Source of the DNA: Octopus vulgaris
Lineage: Eukaryota
Assembly (NCBI GenBank): GCA_951406725.2
Contig: OX597822.1
Location: 91,512,001-91,576,000, forward strand
Length of the DNA stretch: 64,000 nt
Direction of reading: 5' to 3'
Under the pieces are notes generated by a model. The model ran no database searches. It was not told where the DNA came from and was given only the letters and a program-made list of their open reading frames with translations. A program made the translations under genes and the position numbers. Of this stretch, positions 53,897 through 64,000 are shown piece after piece; positions within the stretch are counted from its first letter, which is position 1; every line of letters begins with the position of its first letter.

Positions 53897-55291
53897 TAAC
53901 CCTTTAGTTTTTGCCAACATTCATACTGAAATGATTACTTTGAAATAATTTCATTGGAAATACTTCACAGAATAAGTATTTAAACTGTGTTGATAGATGT
54001 CTAAATTAATCAAATTGATAATAAAGAAATATTGATTTCTATTAAGAGTACGTTGGTGATTTAATGAACTTCGCTATATTATTGATACTTATTTTACAGC
54101 ATCCAGAAGACTGGACAATAAAGTCAACTTTAATGTAATGTAAACTTTGAAGACTAAATACCAAACTAAAATAAAATACACAGTTCTATTATCTTAGTCT
54201 CAAGTGCCTCTTGATTTTTGGCTAGAAACAAGCCTCACATTTAAGAGGAAGATCAATAACACTGGCTGATATTCATGCCTTTCTTAAGTAGTTCATGTAA
54301 ATGTAGCGAACTGGTTTCAACTGAGACTGAAACTTCAGGCTCTGTCCACAGGGAGTTGTATATCTTGGTCTGTGCTGCAAGACCAATCATTTGTAGAAGT
54401 TTTTCAATTTGCTTGTCTCCAGTACATACTTTGCATCTATTTTATTGAGTGAAAAAGGATGAAATGCAAAATTGAATGAGCCGAAGCAAAGACTTAGACT
54501 CAGTACATAGAGGAACATAATATTGTAGCCTGTATTATGTTTCGCTATTTTTGAGACTCCATACATCAGAATAAAGAACTGTTGATTTTAAATTTTGGTA
54601 CAAGGTCAGTAATTTCGGGTAAGCTGCTTGCATCAACCACAGTGCTCAACTGGTGCTTATTTTATTAACTCCGAAAGAATGAAAGGCAAAGTTAACCTGG
54701 CAGAATTTGAACACAGATGGATAGAGGAATATTGAAAAATATTTTACATTTGTTATAAGTAAATTTTCTCCAAGACATTCAATGGGATGCAAATCATTTC
54801 TCTGTTGTTTAGTTTGGATTTCATATTTGTTTTGATAGGGAATTGAAAAAAGGTGAGATTCTCTTTGACGGAATTTATTTAAATAGATGGAATAACTTAA
54901 CAATAGGACAAATTATGATCAAAATACTGGTCACACTTTTTGTATTTGATTCACATAAAATATAAAAAAGTATTTTTGGTACTTAGTGTGGTAAAAATTT
55001 AAACAATCTCATAACTTTTTTTTTTGTTTTTCTAATTTGACAACTCCAGTGTTTGTAAAATCTAACATGTATCTTCAGTAGCAACAGCTATGCATCTTAA
55101 ATAGGTCTTTAGTTAAATGCTTTTTGAAAAAATTAGGCTTAGCTAAGCTTATCATGGACTTGTCTTGCACAAGCTAAATAGTATAATCTATTACTGACAG
55201 TGAGGTTGAAAAATATTTTGATTATTTTATAAGTTTTAATCATGAAAATAAGGTGAGATATTTGTTAAATGAAAACATAAAACTTTGTTGT

Positions 55292-55333
<42 letters not shown>

Positions 55334-55511
55334 ATCTTTTATCTTTTACTTGCTTCAGTCATTTGACTGTGGCCATGCTGGGGCAGCACCTTGAAGAATT
55401 TTAGTTGAAGGAATCAACCCCAGAAATTATTATTTTTGTAAAGCCTGGTACTTATTTTATCAGTCTCTTTTGCTGAACCACTAAGTTACAGGGATGTAAA
55501 CACACCAACAC

Positions 55512-55577
<66 letters not shown>

Positions 55578-55641
55578 CACACACACACACACACAGACAC
55601 ACAGACACACACATATATATATATACATACATATATGTATA

Positions 55642-56773
55642 CAGGGTTTCCTAAAGAAATGAATACACACTTTACCTAAAGTGCTACAAAATGTTTGAAA
55701 ATGCAGTCAAAATGCAAATACAATTTACAATGGAGATTCAAGCAGATCCATCGAATTAGAGATAAATTTAATGCAGATGAAACCCTTCAGAATGTCCACA
55801 AGAAACATTGTGGAAAACCATAGACACTGACAAACCCCACAAAGAGATAGAAAAGAAATTGCCAGAGATCAAGAAAATCTGTGCAGCAAGTTGTGAGGCA
55901 GGAATTTCAAAATCATACATCTGTTGCATTTTGAAGTACTGTTATTGGAAAAGTTGCATTCTAAGAGTAGTCCATGCTTTCAATAAAGATGATCCATACT
56001 GAAGAAAGGAATTTTGCAATTAATTAGTATATTACTAAGCAATTAGCAAAATGGGTAAAAAAATGCACACTTTCTACCCAAGATTGTTTGGAGCGATGAA
56101 GTTACATTTAAATTAAATGGCTCAATTAACCACCACAGTTGCACCTACTGAAGACCTGAAAACCAGTATACTGCAGAGGACCATGTTAATTTATGAGGAG
56201 TGGCAGTAGGGTATGGCTTATCATCAAATGTATTAATTGAAACATTCTTTTGTGATGATACTGTGACTGGTCTCCTTTACTTGAACTTGCTGCAACAATA
56301 TTTCATGCTAAGCATTCAAGAGGATTTTGAAGATGTAGAGTTATTATTTCCAGCAAGATGTGACACTCCCAAACTACTGTAGCAATGTAAATGCCTACCT
56401 GATTAAATTTTGCCAAATATGTGGATTGGATGAAGTTCAGTATACTCTTTGCATTTACTAAACCTCTCACCACTAGACTTTTTTTTATGGGGATACTTAA
56501 AAGATAGAGTTTGTGGCACAAAACTAGCATGGTCAACAACTAGAGGACAGGTATTGGATGAGAATGCACACAAACATTGAATGAAATGTCTCTCAATGTT
56601 TGTGGTTCTATTGCTTTTTGTTATCAGCAATGCATGAACTAGTTTCAAAACAGGCTTTCATAAAAGTTTAATTTTGTCTGTAAGCTCTATTAAATTTCAA
56701 AAATGAAATGTATTTTAGTAAGCACTGACATTATAATCATTCAATGTGCATATACATTTTTTGGGACACCCTG
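55642..56773 (+). mobile_element. Decayed Tc1/mariner-superfamily transposon (maT/DD37D-like)
   Basis: TIR cagggtttcctaaagaaatg / cattttttgggacaccctg with TA flanks; [17 protein letters not shown] and LSPLDFFLWGYLKDRV. Confidence 0.85.
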
Positions 56774-56845
56774 TATATGTACGAGACAAATGTATGTACA
56801 TGTGTGTGTATATTCTTTTTATTCATGACTGAAACAAGTAAAAAC

Positions 56846-57225
56846 TTGTTTCAGTCATTTGACTGTAGCCATGCTGGAGCAACACATTTAGTTGAACAAA
56901 TCGAAACTAGGACTTATACTTTGTAAGCCTACTACTTATTCTATCAGTATCTTTTGCTGAACTGCTAAGTTATGAGGGATGCTAACACACCACCAGCAGT
57001 TGTCAAGCGATGGTGGACACACACACAAACATATACATACACACACACACACATTTATATACACACAAAAGGCTTCTTCCAGTTTCTATCTACCAAATCC
57101 ACTCACAAGGCTTTGGTTGGCCTGAGGGCTATAGTAGAAGATACTTGCCCAAGGTGCCATGCAGTGGAACTGAACCCAGAACCGTGTGGTTGGGAAGCAA
57201 GCTTCTTACCACATAGCAACACCTG
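56846..57225 (-). mobile_element. SINE family A
   Basis: Reverse-complement copy; another partial copy lies at 55335-55510. Confidence 0.82.
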
Positions 57226-57324
57226 TACTAATACAATTATTTGTTTGTATTCCACCTGCCTTCGTCTTTTGTTTATTTCCATAAACCTGCCTTCGTCTTT
57301 TATCTATTTTCATAAAGCTTCCCG

Positions 57325-57374
<50 letters not shown>

Positions 57375-57414
57375 GCATGTGTTCACACACGCAGTGATAG
57401 AAGATAGAAAATAA

Positions 57415-57906
57415 ACTCTAAGTTAGTTCCAATATGCTTGGGACATATTTCAACTTCTAAAGGCAATTTCACTGCAATTTATTGTGCAGAAAAAATTCTT
57501 ACTTATGATAAAAGTTGTAAATACACCATTACCAGCTCAAAGCACCCTCTGTGGGCAATTATATGTGCATTTCTGGGTCTTTTAATGTCTTCAGCAGTGG
57601 ATACCAAAGAGAGGTAGTCCTACGGTGATAGTAAGCCATAGCTTTATTATAAAATAGTAAATATTAGTTACTAATTTGTGCTTGTAGACCGCCCGGTCTG
57701 ATCAAATATATAAGTAGTAGTGAAGCAGTGATGGAAAATAAACAAACTTCAGGTTAATTCAAATATGTTTGGGAGGCATTTCATCTTCTAAAGGTAATTT
57801 CACTACAGCTTATCGCAAGTGAGAATATTTTCTCTGTGGTAAACTGCAGTGAAATTTCCTTTGGAAGCTGAAATACCTCTCAACCATATTTGAACTAACC
57901 TAAAGT
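57415..57906. mobile_element. Non-coding nested inverted-repeat unit with internal hammerhead-like motif (57546-57600, -)
   Basis: 57415-57520 is the reverse complement of ~57800-57906, and 57746-57906 is itself a ~70-bp-arm hairpin. Minus strand: ccactg CTGAAGA...GAAA tgca-catataat-tgcc ca cagagg. Confidence 0.7.
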
Positions 57907-57944
57907 AAGTTGGTCTGCTTGTTTGTGCATGTGTGTGTGTGTGT

Positions 57945-57984
<40 letters not shown>

Positions 57985-58538
57985 ATGTGTGTGCTCATGC
58001 ACATGTGCATCCAGTGTTGCAGCTATTCAGCATATCTAGAGATAATTCAAGTTATTAAATTCAATAAGTATATTACATTTTAAAATTGTGTCTAAAAAAC
58101 ACTCATAAAAGAAATGGAAAAGATCTATAAGTGGTGATAAAAAGGCGTGATGTGTGAACTGAAAAATATTCAGTAACTTATTTGGTAATTTTATCTAAAT
58201 TTTGTTTAATTTGAATTTACTAAACAAAATTTAAGATATTAGTGTTCAATGAAAGTATTTTCTGAAACCAACCCACAATTTTTAGGATTTGTGGATTTTC
58301 CCCCATTTATCTGTCCATTCCCACTTGTTGATTTATAATTGATTGCACTTTTCATCTTAATTTAGTCACAGTTATCCTGATATTTAATGAGATGGATCCA
58401 TCCTATGCACCTATGAATTTTGAGGCCTTATGGAGCTGGTTAAACAGTAACAAAAAATATATGTAATTCCTACCAAATTACTGAGTGTCACTTTCTTTTA
58501 TTTGTCCACTCACTTGTAATTGTATGTATATATGTGTA

Positions 58539-58596
<58 letters not shown>

Positions 58597-58647
58597 ATAT
58601 CTATCTATCTATCTATCTATATATATCTATATATCTATATATCTATA

Positions 58648-58732
<85 letters not shown>

Positions 58733-58837
58733 AAGTACAAATGAGGATATAAACTGCGGAAGGATAAAAATACCCAAGATTAGACTGGTTGAATGCCTAA
58801 CAAAGCAGGCACATACAAATACAGCATTATTGATATT

Positions 58838-59615
58838 ATACAAAACAAGAGAGAAGATGGAGATAAGATTAATAAAAGTTTATTAGCGTTGACAAGACCA
58901 CACCTACAATTGTTTCAATTCATCACTTGCAGCATAAAAATTAACCAAATATAATTCAATTTAACTAAATTAATTTGGTTAATTACTACAAATGAGAATA
59001 TCTTCAGGGAAGGATGCACAAAGAAATTTACTATATTTAAAACAAAATGAAAACATAAAACAGGAAGCATACAGTGTACCGTTGTAGTTAAAAATACGTA
59101 CACAGTTACACAGTTATAAAAATAGATAGAGTTATAAAATAATATAGCTAGTCATAAATTAATATAAATAATGCAGACATAACCATGTGAAAATACAAAT
59201 AAAGGTGGTGTGTAAAAACAATAGACTGTTTATTAAATTATGGGAGTAGAGAATTTAATAAATAATCTATTGTTTATATACAAAACCTTTATTCGTATTT
59301 TCACATGGGTATGTCTGCATTATTTATATTAATTTATGACTAACTAAATTTTTTTATAACTCTATTTTTATAACTGCATACATATTTTAACTACAATTCT
59401 TCCTGTTTTTATGTTTTAAATGTAATGAATTCCTTTGTGCATCCTTCCTTAAAGATATTCTCACTTGTAATTAACCAAATTAATTTAGTTAAATCAAATT
59501 ATATTTGGTTAATTTTTATGCTGCAAGTGATAAATTGAAACAATTGTAGGTCTGGTCTTGTCAATGTTAATAAACTTTTATTAATCTTATCATCATCTTC
59601 TCTCTTGTTTTGTAT
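58838..59615. mobile_element. 778-bp near-perfect palindrome (arms ~400/365 bp, 12-nt loop), each arm carrying a hammerhead-like motif
   Basis: Arms 58838-59239 and 59252-59615. Left arm minus strand: cc CTGAAGA t attc tcatttgtag...ctgcaagtga t gaat t GAAA caattg TA gg. Right arm has the same motif with the core decayed to TTAAAGA. Confidence 0.9.
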
Positions 59616-59650
59616 GTGTATATATATATACATATATATGGTTATCTTTA

Positions 59651-59705
59651 GTTATCTCTGATGATGTTGAATAGTTGAAACAAATGGCCTGTTTGTAAGA
59701 AAACC
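59651..59705 (+). ncRNA. Type-I hammerhead-like motif
   Basis: gttatct CTGATGA tgttgaatagtt GAAA caaat-ggcct-gtttg TA agaaaac: stems I and III are well paired and the cleavage triplet is GUA; stem II is weak. Confidence 0.65.
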
Positions 59706-60759
59706 TTGAAAAATTCAACATAGTCTGTTCATTGTATATATTGTATTCATTTTTAAAATTGCAAATTCCTGAGCTGAAAAACCAAGCTTACATATGTGTG
59801 TGTGAAGCAATTAATACTAGCAATGAAAAGCAAGTCAGTATGAATATTATGTAACTATGACAAACATTGAGCATAACAAATTAAAAACTAGTCAGTAATG
59901 AATTTATTCAACCAACTTTAGGGTTTGTCTACTAATGAGGTTAGAACCACTGAGTGAAGAAAATGACTGTGTTGCCTCTCCTTATAAAGTCCAACACCAA
60001 GCAACATCTTGCTATTGATGAGCATAAGCAAATATCAGACATCAAGGTAAATTCCTACCTGTTTGATGGACTGAAAAAGAACAAAAAGCACATACTATTT
60101 TAACTTCATTCAGTGAACTATTAAAAAATAATACAAACTGTTATAATGGTCATCTGGTCAGCTGTAAAACAAAAGATAGCATAGATGCCTGATAGCTGAA
60201 AGTTGTATTAAATAAGCTATTGCCAGTAACAGATGGTAATGTCATTTATCATATCTCTTGTGTTTCTCAATATCAGGAATTCTAAACAGAAAAACAAATA
60301 CTTGAATGAATGTAAATATCCTTTTCTTGAAATAAATTTCTTTTTGTCACTTTGATGTAATATTTAAAGAATTATTAGTTATAATCTATAACCTTATTCA
60401 GTTTTAAAGTTCTGCACTCTGTATAATTTTAAATGGAGTGTAAACAGTCTTCTTGGAAACATTTTCCTTTCCTAAATAACTTAGGGAGAGCAGAAAGGAC
60501 AATATCTTTGATGTTTCTCATGAACTTCATGACAGAAGGAAGGAAGTTAGAGCTGGCTTAGATGTTTGCTAAAAGTATTCAAGTGTCAGGTGGTGGTGTT
60601 AAAATGTATGGCAAATTAAATCTACAACAAGCTTCTATACAGTTTTTGTTGAACAAACTTCATTCACAAGGGTTTAGTTGACTCAAGGATATGGCAGAAG
60701 ACATTTATCAAAGGTGCTGTACAGAACAACATAGCTACACCTATTTCCAGAATACAAGT

Positions 60760-63060
60760 GTAAAATATATTCTATTCAAGTAGTTCTCTGGTGATTATTT
60801 TATAAACATTTAGACTAGTTTAACTATTATCTCAGCCTACACCCTTCAATTTGAACTACCTAATGAACAAAAAGACCAACTTTTTGATATCCTTTTGAAG
60901 ACTACCTTGTTGATAAGTGACACTGAGATTCTCTTTGTGGCTGGCGACTTCAATGAAGATGTTATGCAACAGCTTCTATGGTGTGCATGGTGGTAATAGA
61001 TTTGGTTCCCATAATGAGGAGGGAACCAGGCCACTTGATGCAAATGACCTTATGATTTGCAATACTAACTTCAGGAAACCTGCCAGTCACCTTCTCACCT
61101 ATCAATCTGGTGGGCACACCACTAGATTGACTACATTCTCACCAGAAAATGGGAAAGATGGCTGCTTATAAATGTCAAGACTTTCCCAGGTGAAGAATGC
61201 ATCCTTCAACATAAGTTAGTGGATGATGGTTCTTTTGCATCTACTGATTCTGCAAAGAAAGAGGCTTGGAAATGCTATTATGAAAGGCTGCTAAATGTAG
61301 AGAATGCAATGGAGAAGAGTCTGAGGGACCAGATATCTGAATTGACAGTTACTTGGTAAATAAAGCAATCAAGGATATGAAGACAGATAAAGCCTCCAGC
61401 CCATCAGGAATCACTGCTGAGATGCTTTAAATATCTGGCAGAGTGGGATATGATCATACCTAATGATTGGTGGTAGCAGCATTATAGCTCCTACAAAGGC
61501 AAAAGTGATGCCTTAGATAGAAATAATTACAGGGGCATCAAATTACTGGACCAGTGGTGAAAATTTCAGAAAGGGTCATAGTTCAATTAATTAGGAAGAG
61601 AGTTAGTGAAGATGAGATGTCGTTTGAATCTGTGCCAGGTAGAAGTATGACTGATGCTATATATTCCTGATTAGGCAACTGCAAGAGAAGTGTTTAGCCA
61701 TAAACAAACCCCTTTACTTGGCTTTTGTAGACATGGAGAAAGCCTTTGACAGTGTCCCCCACTCCCTTATATGGTAGTCAGTGTGGAAGCTGGGGATAGA
61801 TGAGTAGTTAGTGAGAGCTGTACAAGCCATGTACAGGGATGCTGCCAGTAAGGTGAAGGTTGGCTATGAGTAAAGCAATGAATTCAGTGCACAGGTAAAA
61901 GTTCACCAAGGATCAGATCTCAGGGTCCTCTTGTTTACCATAAGCCTCCAGGTCTTATCAGAGGAATTTAAGACCTGTTAACCCTGGGAGTTCCCCTACA
62001 CTGACGACCTTGTTCTTATAGCTGAGTCACTACCTGACCTAGAGAAGGAATTTCAGGTGTGGAAGTAGGGCCTGGAATCTAAAGGCCTTAGAGTTAACTT
62101 AGCAAAAACCAAAGTCCTCACAAGTAGGAAAACAGACGAATTGCAAGTCCATCCAGGGAGATGGCCTGGCTCAGTATGTAAGAAGGGTGTTTGTAGAAAC
62201 TCCATACCTTGTACCCAGTGCAAGCTTTGGACACATAAAAGGTGTAGCAGTATCACAAGAAAGTTAACAGAGAAAATAGTCTTTGTGTGGGGCAAATGTG
62301 TGGGTACAATAAGCATAAAAAATGTGCAGACAATAGACTCCCTCAAATGCTCAGAGAGATCCTTAAAAGTAGTAGATAGCTTCTGTTAATTAGGCAATCA
62401 AGATAGCAGTGGAAGAGGAAGTTCTGAAAGCATAGTTGCTAGAATAAGAATGGGTTGGGCAAAGTTCAGAGAGCTTCTACCATTGTTGGTAACTAAAGGC
62501 CTCTCCCTCAGAGTGAAAGGCAGATTGTATGATGCCTGTGTATGTACAGCTATGCTAGCTGGTAGTGAACATGGGCTTTGACTTCAGATGACCTGCAAAG
62601 GCTTGAAAGAAATGAAGCTAGCATGCTCTGCTGGATGGGTAATGTCAGTGTGTATGCATGACAGTGTGTAAATGATCTAAGAGGAAAACTGGGTATAAGA
62701 GGCATCAGATGTTGTGTGCAAGAGAGAAGAATGCACTGCTTTGGTCATGTGATGCATAAGGATGAGGATAGCTGCATAAAGAAATGCTGAGCTCTAATTG
62801 AGAAGGGAACTTGTGGAAGGGGTAGACCCAGGAAGATATGGGATGAAATGGTGAGGAAAGATCTTCAGGTGCTGGAACTCACTGGGTAAATGACAAGGGA
62901 CTGGGAGTTGTGATTACTTGTACTTGAGAAGACACATCAAGCTAAGTAAAATCACTGTGATCCATATACACAGGTGTGTCCTTTGCAGGTGCCAGTACCA
63001 CATAAAATGTACTTATGCCAGTGTTGCATAAATGCACCTGTCCCAGTGGCACCTATAAAT
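60760..63060 (+). mobile_element. Old RTE-clade LINE (APE endonuclease + RT, many stops)
   Basis: LFVAGDFN, NDLMICNTNFRK, NYRGIKLL, LAFVDMEKAFD, YTDDLVL, a Cys-rich insert and a 3'UTR with decayed gtgccagtggcac units. Confidence 0.9.
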
Positions 63061-63184
63061 AATTTTTTTGTCATTTTTCTAAGTTGTTATGCCTATCAAT
63101 ATTTATTCACTTCAACTGTTTATATCTCTGTCAGTAAGAAAAGACAAAAACTATACTTTGTTGAGAAAGTCTAATAGACTGAAA

Positions 63185-63360
63185 CAATGGTTCCCAAACT
63201 ATGAGTCGCGACCCACAGATGGGTCGCAAAAAGTTATAAAATTACGCATTAGCTTTGATTAACTGCTGTCTATCGAGATAGTTCAGTAGAGTTAAGTGGG
63301 TCGTCATAAACTGGTGTGATAAATAGTGGGTCGCGACTCTAAAAAGTTTGGGAACCACTG
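63185..63360. mobile_element. 176-bp hAT (Charlie-like) MITE
   Basis: TIR caatggttcccaaact / agtttgggaaccactg; exact 8-bp TSD gactgaaa at 63177-63184 and 63361-63368. Confidence 0.95.
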
Positions 63361-63515
63361 GACTGAAACATGTTTGGAGTCATGCCTATCCTGACAGAAA
63401 TCAGATTCATTGCATTTCAAATTTGGGGGTTTTAATTAATGAAAATTTTAGATTGTTTTCCCTATTTAGTTTTTTTTAGCAGAAATAATTATAAAGTTAA
63501 TGGTTATTTTTTTCC

Positions 63516-64000
63516 CCCCTCCTATTTATCATAGTACTCCAGGCAATTACGGAGGAATTCAAGACAGGCTGTCCCTGGGAGCTCCTCTACGCTGACGACC
63601 TTGCTCTTATTGCTGAGTCACTATCAGAACTGGAGGAGAAGTTCCAGGTGTGGAAGGAGGGTTTAGAATCAAGGGGCCTTAGAGTCAACCTAGCTAAAAC
63701 CAAAGTACTAATAAGTAGAAAGGTAGACAATCCACAAATATCTTCAGGAAGATGGCCCTGCTCGATCTGTAGAAAAGGTGTAGGTAGAAACTCTATAAGA
63801 TGTACCCAGTGTAAGCTATGGACACATAAGAGGTGCAGCAATGTCAAAGGTAGGCTAACTGGGAAGATAGTTTTTGTATGTGGTAGATGCTCGGGAGCAT
63901 TAACCTCCGAAAATCTGCAGAAAACAACTTCCGTCACTTTCCAGGGGGAAAAACTAGAAGTAGTTGATAGCTTCCGTTATCTAGGTGACCAAGTCAGTAG
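63516..64000 (+). mobile_element. Young 5'-truncated RTE LINE, open frame running off the window
   Basis: PLLFIIVLQAITEEFKTGCPWELLYADDLALIAES...VNLAKTK...CSIC..CTQC..H..C..CGRC...LEVVDSFRYLGDQVS with no stops. Confidence 0.93.

Noticed and set aside
458-58886. Many ORFs rich in CV, YI, HT, poly-L or poly-I
   Set aside because: They are translations of (TG)n, (TA)n, (CA)n, (TATC)n and (TTA)n microsatellites; many begin at non-ATG codons.
63587-63937. 116-aa minus-strand ORF (also 62053-62346)
   Set aside because: Antisense shadow of the RTE reverse transcriptase frame.

Overview
AT-rich, microsatellite-dense eukaryotic DNA. The SINE families, RTE tails and repeat landscape most resemble a cephalopod (Octopus-like) genome; this is an inference from recognition, not a database result. 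There is no intact protein-coding gene, and most of the supplied ORFs are microsatellite or antisense artefacts. One plausible orphan coding exon lies at about 20.54-20.80 kb (+). The rest is layered transposon debris: three Tc1/mariner-type copies, a pogo/Tigger end, hAT and piggyBac-type MITEs with intact TSDs, a Helitron fragment, a Gypsy gag fragment, an L1/Tx1-like 3' end, several R4/Dong-like restriction-endonuclease LINE fragments tied to (TAA)n, two RTE LINEs with a C4HC3 (PHD-type) finger inside the reverse transcriptase, several tRNA-headed SINE families and seven Penelope-like (GIY-YIG) remnants. The most striking signal, which the ORF track misses, is roughly ten type-I hammerhead-ribozyme-like motifs (CUGAnGA...GAAA...UH), all at least partly decayed. 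Several are arranged as non-coding divergent palindromes, with one hammerhead or hammerhead remnant per arm pointing outward (28.4-28.8 kb, 35.6-35.7 kb, 58.8-59.6 kb), and there is a related nested inverted-repeat unit at 57.4-57.9 kb. These look like non-autonomous 'inverted-pLTR only' ribozyme mini-elements. All alignments and folds were done by eye, so coordinates of decayed elements are approximate.
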